Shown one piece after another: positions 40,151-51,900 of a stretch of 64,000 nucleotides of DNA. Origin of the DNA: an uncultured Hymenobacter sp. Lineage in GTDB: Bacteria; Bacteroidota; Bacteroidia; Cytophagales; Hymenobacteraceae. Under the pieces are notes generated by a model. It did no database searches. It had not been told where the DNA came from and saw only the letters and a program-made list of their open reading frames with translations. The stretch spans positions 2,278 to 66,277 of the forward strand of contig CALMOO010000657.1 in NCBI GenBank assembly GCA_937871705.1. The letters run 5' to 3'. The translations under genes and the position numbers were made by a program. Every line of letters begins with the position of its first letter. The first letter of the stretch is position 1.

Positions 40151-41845
40151 CTAATACCCCGGATTCTGCACCAGCTTGGTGTTCTTGGCGAGGTCCTGCT
40201 GCGGAATGGGCATCAGGTTCTGGTAGTCGAAGAAGCGATTCTCAAACACCTTCACCTTAGCGTAGGTGAGCTTGCCGGTAGTTTTGTCCGGGGTAATCAT
40301 CATGCCGAATGAGGGCGTGTTGAGCACGCCGGTAGGGCCGGCCGTAATTTTCCAGCGCCGGATATCAAACCAGCGCTTATCTTCGAAGGCCAGTTCCACG
40401 CGCCGCTCCCGGTGGATGTAGTCGCGCAGTTGGCTCTGGCTCATGCCCGCCTGCAGGTCGGGCAAGCCCGCGCGCTGGCGCAGCTGGTTTAAGGCGGCGT
40501 ACACACTGGCGCTAGGGCCGACCGCCTCGTTCTGGGCTTCGGCGTAGCTCAGCAGCACCTCGCCCAGACGAAAGATGACGTAGTTCGCACCGTTGGCGGT
40601 TAGCGCGCGGCTGGTTTGAGCCGGGATACGCTCGTCCAGCGTCTTGCGGCCGTAGTAGCCGGTGTTGCTGACGTCGCTGGTCGAGTTCAGGTCAATCTGG
40701 TTGTTGCCCCCGATGCGCATCGTGAGGATGTCGCCCTGCCACGTGGCGCCGTCGTAGAGGATGGATTGGTAGAAGCGCTTTTCGCGGTTTAGGTAGGGGT
40801 TCTGCGGGTCGTAGCCGGAAGCCGGGTCGGTAATGGGCAAGCCATTGCTCATCAGGTAGTCATCCACCAGGCTCTGGGTAGGGGCGTAGTTGCCCCAGCC
40901 CTGCGCCACCCCGTTCACGTTCACCGGCCCGTAGGTGCCCTCCTTCGACTGGCCCGCCGTCACGGCAATGTACTCCTTGTTAAATATAACTTCCTGGTTA
41001 TCATTATTTTCCTGCAAAAAGAAAGTCCCCAGGTCCGGGAACAGGGAATACGTGCCCAGGTCGAGCACCTGCTTGTTGGTAGCGGCGGCGGCGGTCCACT
41101 TGGCCACGTCGTTGCCAGGGTTGTAGAGCGGGCTGGCCGCAAAGAGCTGCACCCAGCCTTTTAGGGTCAGGGCCGCGCCCTTGGTGGCGCGGCCGTCGCC
41201 CTTGCGAGCGGCCGTGGCGGGTAGGCTGGCTGCGGCCGCGTCGCAGTCAGCCACGATGAAAGCCAGCGTCTGGTCGACGGTGCTGCGCGCCACAAACAAG
41301 CCGTCAGGGTCGGTAGTCGAGTCGAGCGGCTTGTCAATGAGCGGCACACCGCCGTAGCTGGTAAACAGGTACGTATAGTAGAGCGCCCGCAAAAATTTCA
41401 CTTCCCCGACTCGCTGCGTTTTCCAGGTGGCCGAGAAGTTGGCCGAATATTTTTCGGCGTTCTGCAAAAACAGGTTACACTTGCGGATTTTGGTATAAGT
41501 GTTTTCCCAATCCCACATGCCGCCCGGCCCGTAGGGCACATTGGCCGCCGAGATGGCCCCAGCGCGCACCACGGTCTGGGCCGTTTGCCAGCCCGCCGCG
41601 CAAAAGCCGTTGTCGGAGTACTGCTCCAGGTTCTGATTGGAGTCGTTGCTGGAGCTGGGAACGTTGGTGTAGATGTCGTTAACGATCAGGTCGGCGTTAG
41701 TTTCGTTGCTGTAGGCGCTGATTTCAGTTACCGCGTTCTTGGGGTCCACGTTCAGGAAATCGTCGTTTTTGCAGCCGTTCAGCAGCAGGGCGGCCCCGAG
41801 CAGCAGGGCGGGGGCGCGTCGGAGGAGGCGGGTGGGAGCTTGCAT
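40151..41845 (-). CDS. SusD/RagB family lipoprotein
   Basis: Lipobox LLNGC, GEVKFLRA, YGGVP, RLGEVLLSYAEA, ERRVELAFEDKRWFDIRRW and QNPGY. Second ATG (41845) preferred. Confidence 0.95.
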   Translation of the reverse strand: MQAPTRLLRRAPALLLGAALLLNGCKNDDFLNVDPKNAVTEISAYSNETNADLIVNDIYTNVPSSSNDSNQNLEQYSDNGFCAAGWQTAQTVVRAGAISAANVPYGPGGMWDWENTYTKIRKCNLFLQNAEKYSANFSATWKTQRVGEVKFLRALYYTYLFTSYGGVPLIDKPLDSTTDPDGLFVARSTVDQTLAFIVADCDAAAASLPATAARKGDGRATKGAALTLKGWVQLFAASPLYNPGNDVAKWTAAAATNKQVLDLGTYSLFPDLGTFFLQENNDNQEVIFNKEYIAVTAGQSKEGTYGPVNVNGVAQGWGNYAPTQSLVDDYLMSNGLPITDPASGYDPQNPYLNREKRFYQSILYDGATWQGDILTMRIGGNNQIDLNSTSDVSNTGYYGRKTLDERIPAQTSRALTANGANYVIFRLGEVLLSYAEAQNEAVGPSASVYAALNQLRQRAGLPDLQAGMSQSQLRDYIHRERRVELAFEDKRWFDIRRWKITAGPTGVLNTPSFGMMITPDKTTGKLTYAKVKVFENRFFDYQNLMPIPQQDLAKNTKLVQNPGY

Positions 41846-41858
41846 GGAATATAGTAGC

Positions 41859-44800
41859 TTAGAAGTTTGCATTGAGGCCGACCGAGAATACCTGCTGCTG
41901 GTAGTAGTTCTGGTTATTGCTGCTGTTATCAGGGTCAGTTATTTCCCGGATGTAGGGCGTCCAGGTCAGCAGGTTCTGCCCCGACACAAAGAGGCGCACC
42001 GACTTAAGGGCGTTGTGCAGCAAGGCGCTGTCGAAGGTGTAGCCCAGCTCGGCGCTCTTGAGACGCACGAAGGCGGCGTCGCGTATCCACCACGATGACG
42101 TTTGGGTGTTGTTGGCCGTGGGGGTGCCGGTCAGGCGGGGGTAGAGCGTGTTGGTGCGGTCGGGGGTCCAGTACTCACTGAAGGACAAGGCACTAGCTGA
42201 GCCCGACCCATCGAAAGGCAGCACTTGGTAGCCGTTCAGATAGATGCTGCTGCGGGCCGCGCCCTGCACCAAGAAATCCAGGTCGAAGTTCTTGAAGGTC
42301 AGGCGCGGGGCTATCCCGTAAATCACCTGCGGTGTCTGGGACTTGCCAATGACCGTTTGGTCGTTGCTGTCGATTTTTCCGTCGCCGTTCAGGTCGGCAT
42401 ACTGCAGGTCGCCGGCCCGCACGGGTCCAAAGGTGGGCACCGGAATGCCAGCCTTGAGGGTGGTGCCGTCGGCCGAGAAATCGCTGGCACTGAAGTAGCC
42501 TAGGGCCTGGTAGCCAAACTGCGTGCCGATAGGCCGGCCCGCAATGCGGCGGTTGGGGTTGTCGTAGGTGGCGCTGGTTTCAAAGACGTTCACTTGGTTG
42601 TTGCGGGCGTAAGTGAAGGTGCCCGTCACGTCCAGGTTCCAGTTTTTGCCGAAGTGGCGCGAGGTGCGCGCCGTCAGGTCGAAGCCGCGGTTGGTGATGA
42701 CGCCCGCATTCACCAGGCCCACCCCAATGCCGTACTCGCCGGGCAGCACGCTGGCGCGGGTGGTCAGCACGTTGGCGCGCTTCTCGTAGAAGAAGTCCAC
42801 TTCCAGATTTAGCAGCCCTTTCCAAAGCGACGTTTCGAGGCCGATGTCGGTTTTGTTGGCCCGCTCCCAGGTGATGTTGGGGTTGCCCTGCTGCGCCTCG
42901 TAGAGGCCCTGCACCGCGGTGCCCCCTAGCACGCCGGCCGGGCTGTAGGGCGTGTACGGGCTGAGGTATTGAAACGCGGCGATGTTGCCACCTATGTACG
43001 GGTAGGCGCCCGACTGCCCCCACGAGCCCCGCAGCTTCAGGTTGTCGAGCCAGGTGTAGCGGTCCTTCAGGAAAGCTTCCTCACTGATGCGCCAGCCGGC
43101 CGAAAACGCCGGGAAGAAGCCGAAGCGCCGGCCGGGCGCAAACACGTAGCTGCCGTCGTAGCGGCCCGAAGCCTCGAAGAGGTACTTGCCGGCGTAGGCG
43201 TAGGTGGCGCGGTAGATGTAGCCGAGCTGCTTGGTTTTGAACGAAGTGCCGCCGTTGGTGGCGTCGGCTGCAGCCGGGCCGCCAAAGTCCAGCTCGTCAA
43301 TCGACGTGTTGTAGTTAACGCGGGTGGCCTGAAATTGCTGGGTGGTGAGGTTGCGCGACTCCACCACCGCTAGGCCCGTTACCTCGCTCTTGCCGAAGGT
43401 GCGGGCGTAGTTCAGGTAGCCCTGGTAGGTTAAGGCCCAGTCCTGCCGGTAGTACTCCGTGAACTTGGGCTTTGAGTTGCCCTGCGTGCCCTGCTTATAG
43501 GTGTAGGGGGTAGTGCTGGTATCGACGTTGTAGAACGTGATGGGGGTAGTGTAGATGCGCTGAAACGAGCTGCTAGGGTCAAAGTTAGCGGTGCCCTTGA
43601 TGCTAAGGCCCTTGATAAAAGGCAGCTGCTGCTCAATCAGAAACTGCGCCTGCAAAGAGGGGTTTTGGTTTACCTGGGTGCCGCTGCCGTAAATCTCGCC
43701 AATCAGCGACTCGGCGATGTAGCCCGAGGGCAGCCCGTTGCTGTAGCGCACGGGGGTAGTGGGCGCCTGCCGCTGCGCCTGCCGCAGGATGGAGCCGGCG
43801 CCAAACGTAGGAAAGTGCTGCATTTCCACCCAGCCGTTCAGCGACAAACCCACGCGGGTAGTGCTGGTGGCATCGGCCGTCACGCTCAGCGAGGCGTTGT
43901 ACTTGTCGAGGTAAGTGGGGTCCCACATGCCCTGCTGGTGCGTATAGCCCAGCGAAGTGAAGAACTGCACCTTGTCGCCGCCGCCCGCCAGCGAAAGGTT
44001 GTGGTAAGTCAGGACGCGGTTTTTCTTGATGATGTCGCGTAGCGGTTCCCCGTCGGGGTGGCCGTCGGGGTCGGAATGGTCCTGAAACTTCTGCAGGTCG
44101 TCGGGCGAATACGGCAGGGCGCGGGTCGGGTCGTTGGGGAAGTCGTTAGCGACCGTGGCATTGCGCATCAGCGCGTACTGGTAGGAATTGACGAACCTAG
44201 GCAGCCTGGTCGGGTTCTGAATGCCCACGTAGCCATTATAGGAAAGCTGGGGCGGCCCCTTACGGCCCCGCTTGGTCGTAATCAGTATTACGCCGTTGGC
44301 GCCGGCCACGCCGTAGGGCGCCACGGCGGCGGCATCCTTGAGCACCGTGATAGTTTCGATGGTGTTCGGGTCGAGCCGGCTGAAATCGCGCGGCACGTTG
44401 TCCACGATGTAGAGCGGCTGCGTGCCGCCGGTCGTACCGATGCCCCGAATCTGAATATTCGCTTGGTCGACGCCCGGCTCGCCGCTGCCCTGCGTAGAAA
44501 TAACGCCGGCCACGCGCCCCGCCAGCGAATTGGTCAGGTTCACCACCGGCTTCTGCGCAATGTCGGCCGCCGGCAGCGTGGAGACGGCCGCCGTGGTGGA
44601 GGTTTTCTTCTGGGTACCGAAGCCGACCACTACCACCTCATTCAGCGAGTTAGCTTGCTCCTTGAGCTGAATGTCAACCTTGCCGCCGTTTTTAGTCTCT
44701 ATTTCCTGGCTAACAAAGCCCACGAACGAGAATATCAATGTCGCGCCGCCGTCCGGCAGACTAAGCGAGTAACGGCCCGACTCGTCGGTAGTGGTACCGA

Positions 44801-45008
44801 TGGTCGGCTGGCTTTTAACCCGGACGCTTACGCCCGGCAGGGGCTGGCCTTTCTGGTCAGTAACCTGGCCGTTTATAGGTGTGGTCTGGTAAAGGGCTGC
44901 CAGCAGGGTGGGCCGGAGCCTGGCCGGCGCCGCAGTGGCAGTTGCCCCGGCCAGCAGGACGCAGGCGGCGCTTAGACGGGGTACTCGTTGAAGTAACGTC
45001 TTTTTCAT
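41859..45008 (-). CDS. SusC/RagA family TonB-dependent receptor
   Basis: LNEVVVVGFGTQKK, VLKDAAAVAPYGVAGANGVILITTKRG, NITWE and terminal F. Confidence 0.96.
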   Translation of the reverse strand: MKKTLLQRVPRLSAACVLLAGATATAAPARLRPTLLAALYQTTPINGQVTDQKGQPLPGVSVRVKSQPTIGTTTDESGRYSLSLPDGGATLIFSFVGFVSQEIETKNGGKVDIQLKEQANSLNEVVVVGFGTQKKTSTTAAVSTLPAADIAQKPVVNLTNSLAGRVAGVISTQGSGEPGVDQANIQIRGIGTTGGTQPLYIVDNVPRDFSRLDPNTIETITVLKDAAAVAPYGVAGANGVILITTKRGRKGPPQLSYNGYVGIQNPTRLPRFVNSYQYALMRNATVANDFPNDPTRALPYSPDDLQKFQDHSDPDGHPDGEPLRDIIKKNRVLTYHNLSLAGGGDKVQFFTSLGYTHQQGMWDPTYLDKYNASLSVTADATSTTRVGLSLNGWVEMQHFPTFGAGSILRQAQRQAPTTPVRYSNGLPSGYIAESLIGEIYGSGTQVNQNPSLQAQFLIEQQLPFIKGLSIKGTANFDPSSSFQRIYTTPITFYNVDTSTTPYTYKQGTQGNSKPKFTEYYRQDWALTYQGYLNYARTFGKSEVTGLAVVESRNLTTQQFQATRVNYNTSIDELDFGGPAAADATNGGTSFKTKQLGYIYRATYAYAGKYLFEASGRYDGSYVFAPGRRFGFFPAFSAGWRISEEAFLKDRYTWLDNLKLRGSWGQSGAYPYIGGNIAAFQYLSPYTPYSPAGVLGGTAVQGLYEAQQGNPNITWERANKTDIGLETSLWKGLLNLEVDFFYEKRANVLTTRASVLPGEYGIGVGLVNAGVITNRGFDLTARTSRHFGKNWNLDVTGTFTYARNNQVNVFETSATYDNPNRRIAGRPIGTQFGYQALGYFSASDFSADGTTLKAGIPVPTFGPVRAGDLQYADLNGDGKIDSNDQTVIGKSQTPQVIYGIAPRLTFKNFDLDFLVQGAARSSIYLNGYQVLPFDGSGSASALSFSEYWTPDRTNTLYPRLTGTPTANNTQTSSWWIRDAAFVRLKSAELGYTFDSALLHNALKSVRLFVSGQNLLTWTPYIREITDPDNSSNNQNYYQQQVFSVGLNANF

Positions 45009-45250
45009 GAAGGGTAAGGGTGGGAAAAGGTGACCGTCCGCAGGCGGTTGGTGGTGCCATAGCCGGCTAGCCAGCAGCTATGATTGTAGCAAGCGTTCGT
45101 GTTGATTTCAGGCTCGGTGTCAGCGAGGTTGCCCTTGTTCGGGCTAGCACTGGCTAGCTAAGCGTTGCCTCAGTGCTTAGCGCTTAGTTGACAAGACTTG
45201 CTAGCAGTAGAATGCTGTTCTTGGACAAGCAAACTTTCATCTGGGAGCGG

Positions 45251-45315
45251 TGCAAATCTACTGGCCTCTATCAGTGCCTAACCCGGTGTTTTTCGGTAAA
45301 AAAACCGGGTTATTT
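45251..45315 (-). promoter_or_regulatory. susC promoter: -7 box plus upstream activator-like repeat
   Basis: CAAATCTA at 45253-45260 reads TAGATTTG on the minus strand (TAnnTTTG). AACCCGGTGTTTT-TCGGT-AAAAAAACCGGGTT lies upstream. A near-copy occurs at 57180-57243. Confidence 0.7.
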
Positions 45316-45633
45316 CCGTTAAAGCACTGCTTTGCACCGCAAACAGCCGCTTCAGCTAGGCTAGCTAGTCTGGTATTACCAAGTGTCGGGGCGGCAGTGG
45401 TAGGCCGGCAACCAAGCACAAGCACTGGGTGCCTGGTTGACCACGAGGACTGGACCAAAGTGCTAAAAGCATTTTAGTGAATTTGCCCTTGGTAATTCAT
45501 TAAATACTACCGGTTGATCCCAAGCAGCCTGCTGTACTATTGTAGCTGCTCACCATAGGCACATTGGGTGTTGGCGCTGGCCGTAGGATGCCTAGGTTCG
45601 GTCCCGTGCAGCTCCCCCTTTTTTCTCAGTTTA

Positions 45634-46686
45634 ATGATTGCTCGCAGGACGTTACTTAAGGACTTAGCCCAACAATTAAATTTATCTACCGCCACGGTTT
45701 CTCGGGCACTAGCCGGCGTGCCAAGCGTCAGCCCATCCACGCAGCAACGGGTACGCGAGCTGGCCAACAGCCTAAATTTTCAGGTTAACCTCTTGGCTGC
45801 GGGGCTGCGGCGGGGTCGTACGGGCGTTATCGGGGTTATCGTACCCGCCTTCACCGGTCACTTCTTTCCCGAGGTGTTGCACAGCATCACCACCGCCGCC
45901 AGTAAGGCTAAGCTTCGGGTGATAATCTGCGAGTCGAACGAGGACGAGCAGCAGGAGCAGGAACAACTCCTCTGGCTGCTGACTGCGCAGGTCGATGGCT
46001 TGCTGGTGTCCGTCGTTAACGCTGCGGGCCCTAGCAGTCTTATGGCAGTAGCGCGGCAGCAGGGCGCACCCGTCGTCTTTTTCAATCAGGCCATTGACTG
46101 CCGCCAGGCCAATTGCGTGCTGCTGAATTATTATCAGGGCGCCTACGAAGGTGTGCGACACCTGGCGGCCCAGAACCGCACCCGCATCGCGCACCTTACC
46201 GGGGCCGCGCACCTGCCAGCATGCCGCGACCAGCAGCGCGGCTACGCGGAGTCCCTGGAGGACCAGGGTTTGCTTCTAGACCAGCGGCTCGTGCGCACTG
46301 GTGACCTGACCCTAGCTTCTGGCCGCCAACACATGTTGGCCTTGCTGTCGGGCGCAGTTGTCCCTGATGCCATTTTTGCTTCGCACGAGCTGGTCGCCAT
46401 CGGGGCGATGCAAGTAATAAAGGAACACGGCCTGCGCATCCCGGAGGATATCGCGCTGGCAGCCTTCGCCAGCGAAAGCATGGCGGCGCTCACAATGCCA
46501 GCGCTGACATCGCTCAACCTGCAGGGCAGCGAAATGGGCAAGACCGCGGTGCACCTGCTGCTTAAGCTGCTCGAAGACACCCACCATGTCATCGCCTCGC
46601 AGCGCGTAGTGCTCAATCCAACACTACTGGTTAGAGAATCTTCGGTGGCGACTGACCTCCGGCCTCTTTCTACAAAGCCAAACTAG
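45634..46686 (+). CDS. LacI family transcriptional regulator
   Basis: LKDLAQQLNLSTATVSRAL HTH, IGVIVP, VDGLLVS and GLRIPEDIAL. ATG 45634 preferred. Confidence 0.93.
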   Translation: MIARRTLLKDLAQQLNLSTATVSRALAGVPSVSPSTQQRVRELANSLNFQVNLLAAGLRRGRTGVIGVIVPAFTGHFFPEVLHSITTAASKAKLRVIICESNEDEQQEQEQLLWLLTAQVDGLLVSVVNAAGPSSLMAVARQQGAPVVFFNQAIDCRQANCVLLNYYQGAYEGVRHLAAQNRTRIAHLTGAAHLPACRDQQRGYAESLEDQGLLLDQRLVRTGDLTLASGRQHMLALLSGAVVPDAIFASHELVAIGAMQVIKEHGLRIPEDIALAAFASESMAALTMPALTSLNLQGSEMGKTAVHLLLKLLEDTHHVIASQRVVLNPTLLVRESSVATDLRPLSTKPN

Positions 46687-46825
46687 TGCAAGCTATTACT
46701 ACTCACTGGCCGAGAAAGTACGCGAACTTGGGCGCGCCCGAACTGCGCCGGTTATCAGTGCTCGCATCCATCTAAAAATGGCTGTTTCAATTGCCATTTG
46801 AACCAAATTTTTGATGAGGACAAAA

Positions 46826-48811
46826 ATGAAGAACTTGTTTTGCTTAGTTGCCTTATCTTTTAGTCTGTCGGCAGTTGCCCAAAGTGGCGCAAAAAAACCA
46901 TTTAAATTGTCCTCGCTCTTTTCTGATGGTATGGTGCTTCAGCAAAAGACGGAAGTGAATGTCTGGGGAGAAGCACTAGCAGGGCAGAGCGTAGCTATAT
47001 CGCCAAGTTGGGGAAAGCAAATTTCAACTAAGACTGATGCCAGGGGTAAGTGGAAAATAAAATTACCTACGCCCAAGGCAGGCGGCCCTTATAGAATTAG
47101 GATTACAACTACGGACACCGCTGTTGTTATCAATGACGTCTTACTTGGTGAAGTATGGCTTGCTTCCGGTCAATCTAACATGGATATAGGGGTAGCAGGG
47201 TGGCCTCCGAATGATACTATATTTCATTCAGCACAGGAAATAGCGCAGGCTAATTACCCAGAGATAAGATTTTTAAAAGTGCCTTTCAATACTGCAACAA
47301 GGCCTTCGGAATCAGTTCAAAGCAAATGGATTGCTTCTTGCCCGGCAACTACTGGCGATTTTAGCGCTACCGCTTTTTTCTATGCTCGCAAACTTTACCA
47401 GGAGCTGAAGGTGCCCATAGGAATCGTACAATCCTCCATTGGAGGTACCCCGGCCGAAGCCTGGACGAGCAAAGACTACTTAGCAAAGCTCGGCGACTTT
47501 ACTAACCAGATGGAAGGCTTAGATGATAGGCAAGCTTCCACAGAAAATTGGTTTAAGAGATGGCCTTCGCAAGCAATCCCCAAAACGGATGAGCAGTGGC
47601 AGAACATAAGCTTCTCCGACCTTGCTGCAACTTCTGCTACTTATGATGATTCAGAGTGGGCAACTATAAAGCTTCCGGGAAGATTCGACCAAGTGCGTTC
47701 CGGTGATTTTGACGGCGCCATGTGGTTTAGAAAGGACTTTACTGTTAACAACCCTGCTACGGAATACACACTTAAAATCGGCGCTGTTGATGATATGGAT
47801 GCCACCTACATCAATGGAAAAAAAATCGGCGGACTTGTCGGTGCCACGGCTGCCAATGTGCCGAGAGAAATTCGTATTCCAAAATCTCTTTTAGTCAAGG
47901 GTAGAAACAGTATTGCTATTCGTGTTATTGATACGGGTGGCCCTGGGGTAATTAGTGGCCCGATGACCATAACGAATGCGGAGGGCACTACTATTCCGTT
48001 GGAAGGAGACTGGAAATCACAGCTGGTTGCAGAGATCTACAAGGGCCGGTTTTATGAATATACTTTAAAAACAAGTGTTTTCGAACGACCCAATATCTCC
48101 CAGGTAAACAGCAATACGCCGACCGTCCTTTTTAATGCGATGATTAACCCATTGGTGCCTTACACTATTAAAGGTGTTATTTGGTACCAGGGCGAATCGA
48201 ATGTAGGTAGGGCCGCGCAGTACAAACACTTGTTTCCGCTTATGATTGAGGATTGGAGAAGCAAATGGGGGTATACATTTCCCTTCTATTTTGTGCAAAT
48301 AGCCCCCAATCTCTACGGAGCCGCTGACCAAAAAGAGCAGTCTCAAAAATTGAGAGATGCGCAACGCTATGGGCTAACACTTCCTAAAACCGGAATGATA
48401 TCAACTCTGGATGTGGGTTCCCTAAGCACAGTACATCCGCCTTATAAACAGCAGGTGGGTGCGAGGCTGGCAAGGCTAGCATTAGCCAATAACTATGGCA
48501 GAAAGCTAGTAGCAACAGGCCCGTTATACAAAAAAGCGACTCCTTCAGGCCAAGAATTGGTCGTTGACTTCGACTTTGCCGAAAGTGGACTAGTAGCAGC
48601 AAAAACTGGCTTGACGAACTTTGAGGTAGCCGGTGCTGATAAGAAATTTGTTCCGGCGCAAGCCAGAATTGTAAACAATAAAGTACTAGTTCGCAGTCCA
48701 TCCGTAAGCAGCCCGGTATATGTGCGCTATGCTTGGAGTGATGGCAGCATGGCAACCTTTTTTAATAAGGAAGGATTGCCAGCTGCAACATTTACATCGG
48801 AAATCGAGTAA
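46826..48811 (+). CDS. sialate O-acetylesterase-like SGNH carbohydrate esterase with inserted sugar-binding module
   Basis: FSDGMVLQQ, GEVWLASGQSNM, FSATAFFY, GGTPAEAW, GVIWYQGESN, VHP and VRYAW. Visibly AT-richer than its neighbours. Confidence 0.9.
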   Translation: MKNLFCLVALSFSLSAVAQSGAKKPFKLSSLFSDGMVLQQKTEVNVWGEALAGQSVAISPSWGKQISTKTDARGKWKIKLPTPKAGGPYRIRITTTDTAVVINDVLLGEVWLASGQSNMDIGVAGWPPNDTIFHSAQEIAQANYPEIRFLKVPFNTATRPSESVQSKWIASCPATTGDFSATAFFYARKLYQELKVPIGIVQSSIGGTPAEAWTSKDYLAKLGDFTNQMEGLDDRQASTENWFKRWPSQAIPKTDEQWQNISFSDLAATSATYDDSEWATIKLPGRFDQVRSGDFDGAMWFRKDFTVNNPATEYTLKIGAVDDMDATYINGKKIGGLVGATAANVPREIRIPKSLLVKGRNSIAIRVIDTGGPGVISGPMTITNAEGTTIPLEGDWKSQLVAEIYKGRFYEYTLKTSVFERPNISQVNSNTPTVLFNAMINPLVPYTIKGVIWYQGESNVGRAAQYKHLFPLMIEDWRSKWGYTFPFYFVQIAPNLYGAADQKEQSQKLRDAQRYGLTLPKTGMISTLDVGSLSTVHPPYKQQVGARLARLALANNYGRKLVATGPLYKKATPSGQELVVDFDFAESGLVAAKTGLTNFEVAGADKKFVPAQARIVNNKVLVRSPSVSSPVYVRYAWSDGSMATFFNKEGLPAATFTSEIE

Positions 48812-48944
48812 TTTTATTTTACACCCATTGGAATGGTGCTGTTAAATAAGGGATTAAATGGCTGGTGTGCTCCGATAGCGTATAGTTCCTAGCGACTAGC
48901 CTACGCAACGCAGAAGACAGTGTAGGTGTTGAACAACACCCTGC

Positions 48945-51900
48945 CTAGTCGGTAGCTGGCGCTGGTGAATCGCGGCTAGGTCGGTGCTGCCGGATATACT
49001 CGGAGGGCACCACGCCGTAAATTTTCTGAAACGTTTTGCGGAAATACTTCTCGTCCGTAATACCTACTTGAAAGGCTACTTCTGACACCCGCATTTGGGT
49101 TTGGGTGAGCAGCTGCGCGGCCCGCTTCATGCGCACGTCCCGAATAAATTCCACCGTCGTTTGGCCCGTAGCGTTCTTGATGCGTCGGTAGCATATCGAT
49201 TGGCTCATGCCGACCTCCCGCGCTAGCCCCTGTACACTAAACTCGGGGTTGTCGAGATTGCGCTCCACCACGGCCATCGCGTTTTCCAGAAATTGGCGGT
49301 CGACATCGGCCACAACGATTTCCGTAGGCTCCAGCAAGATTTGCCGCTGGTAGTATTCGCGCAGCTTGCCTCGGTTGCGTAATAAGGCGGCCGCTTTGGC
49401 TTGCAACACCAGCGGGTTGAAGGGCTTGCTCACGTAGTCGTCGGCTCCCACCCCTAGGCCCTCCAGCTCGTGCACCGCAGCGGTGCGGGCCGTGAGCAGC
49501 ACCACGGGGATGTGCGCCGTTTTGGGGTGTTGCTTGAGCTGGCGGCACAGCTCTAAGCCGTCGCTTTGGGGCATCATCACGTCGCTGATAATCAGGTCAG
49601 GTAAGTGGCGCAGGCTTTGCTCCCAGCCGACTAGTCCATCAACGGCGGTTAGCACTTCATAGTCATCCGCGAAGAGCTGGCTCAGGTACTGCCGCACATC
49701 GTCGGTATCTTCTACAAGCAGTAGGCGTGGCCGATTAGCGTAGGCAAGGGTAGCGCGCACCGCTGTAACCGGTTCGCTGAGTGTCAGCCCAGCGGGTGTG
49801 TCCTGGGCCAGTTCTACCGTGGGGTCCAGTGGCAGCAAGTCTTCGGGCCCTAGGTGCTGGCAGCCAAAAGGCAGGCGCAGCTCGAAGGTGGTACCTACCC
49901 CCCGCTGGCTGGCTACGGTGAGCTGGCCGCCGTGGCGTTCGGCAAACTGCTTGGCCAGCGACAGGCCGATGCCCGTGCCCGCCACGCGCCGCGCTGCTGT
50001 ATGCGAGGCTTGATAGTAGGGGTCAAAAATGCGCGCCAGCTCACTGGCCTTAATGCCGACACCCGTATCCGTAACCGTAACTTTCAAGTAGTTGCCCGTG
50101 AGCTGCGCAGGGCCGTACACGGCTTCGCCCCCTGGATTGCCGACAATGGTCGCAGCCAGCTCGACCCGGCCTTGGGCCGGTGTGTAGGTGAAAGCATTGG
50201 CGAGCAGGTTGTTGAGAATAATTTCCAACTTGCTGCGGTCAAAATAAAGCACTACCGGCTCGGCCGGCACGTCCAGCACGTAGGTGATGGTTTTTTCCTC
50301 AGCCCGCAGCCGGAAAACTGGGTAAAGGTTAGCCAGGAAGCTTACTACGTCGTCGTGGCGGGCGAGCAGCGGCATGTGGCCCGTCTCCACCTTGCGAAAA
50401 TCCAGCAGTTGGTTTACCAATTCCAGCAGTTTGCGCGCCTGCTGGTGCATGAGTTGCACCTTGCCCGGCAGGTTCGCCACCGGCCCGGCACTGCCCATTA
50501 TCTCTTCCATCGGGCCTAGGATGAGGGTGAGCGGCGTACGCAGTTCGTGCGAGACGTTGGTAAAAAAGCCCAGCTTTAAATCAGTCAGCTCTTTTTCTTT
50601 CTCAGCCTGGAACTGCTCCAGCACCAACTGATTTTTCAGGCGCTGCTGCGCCATTTCCACTTGCCGGTACACGGCTACGGCCCCTAGGGCCGCCAGTGCG
50701 TAGAGAAGATAGGCCCAGCCGGTGCGGTACCAGGGCGCAAGCACCGTAAACTGCATGGTGGCTGACTGCCGCGACCATCCGCCCTCGCCGTTGCTGGCCT
50801 TCACCCACAGGGTATAGTTGCCGGGCGGCAAGTTGGCGAAGCTGGCCGTGCGCTGGCCGGGAGGCGGCAGCACCCAGGCGTGGTGATAGCCTTCGAGGAG
50901 GTAGGCATAGCGGCTTTTATGCGGGCTAGCGAAGTTCAGGGCTACGAAGTCGACCGAGAAATCATTCTCCGATGCCTTTATAGTCAGCAGTTGCGGTGTA
51001 GTGAGGGCATGTTGCAGCAGCACCCGGCCGTGCAACTGGGCACCCACTTCCACCGGCTCGTTGCTGATGCGCAAGCCGGTTAACTGCACCACGGGGGGGT
51101 AGGGATTGGGCTGAATGGCGCGCGGCTGAAAGTAGCTAATGCCGTTCTTGCCGCCAAAGTAGAGTGTGCCATCCTGGGCCCGGTAAGCCGCCCCAATCTT
51201 GAAGGAATTGCTTTGCAGGCCGTCCGACACATCGTAACGCAGGCACTGGCGGGTGCCAGGCCGGAAGCGATAAAGCCCGGTGCCGCCCACCCAGAGGTTA
51301 CCATCGTCGTCGGCCAGCAGGCTCTCCACGTCGCTCTCGGGCAGCCACTGCTGGTAGGAGCGCACCGTTTCCTTACCCCTAGTATCAGTCACTAGCTGGT
51401 GCAGACCTCCGCCGATAGTACCAATCCAGAGAGACCCCCGCCGGTCAAGCAGCAAGGGCCAGGTGTAGTTTACTTGCAGGCGCTGGCCCGGCGGCGAGTG
51501 ATAAGCAAACTGCCGCAACAGCACCACCGAGTCAGGCGTGACGCGCAGCTTAAGTAGGCCTGCGTCGCAGGTGCTGGCCCAAAGCACATCCTGCGTGCGG
51601 TCGTAAAGCAGGTACGTAAACTGCGTAGAAGGCAGCGGATGGCGTGGGGGCGAGTGAGCAGGCAGCATCCGGCCATCCTGGCTGAGGTGGTGCAGGCCGC
51701 CGCCGCGAGTCCCAATCCAGAGCGTGCCGTAGCGGTCCTCGGCTAGGCTCTCAATGCTTAGCCGACTCAAATCCAGGGCTCCCTGGCCGACGGTCGTATA
51801 CGTCGTCAGCTGGTCGTGGCCGTTGGGCCGGGTAAGTGCCACTAGGCCGCTGCCGCGGGTGCCAAACCACAAAGTGCCATTAGAACTTTGAAAGATGGTT

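Noticed and set aside
44058-44975. 305-aa plus-strand ORF
   Set aside because: Antisense shadow of the second susC.
45085-45190. AAGCGTT / TAGCGCTTA elements as possible LacI operators
   Set aside because: Too short and degenerate. The region is rich in GCTAGC/CTAG-like words, so chance matches are likely.
45280-45311. Inverted repeat as an invertible-promoter (phase variation) site
   Set aside because: The arms are only about 5 bp apart and do not flank the -7 box, the second copy at 57.2 kb is in direct orientation, and no recombinase gene lies in the window.
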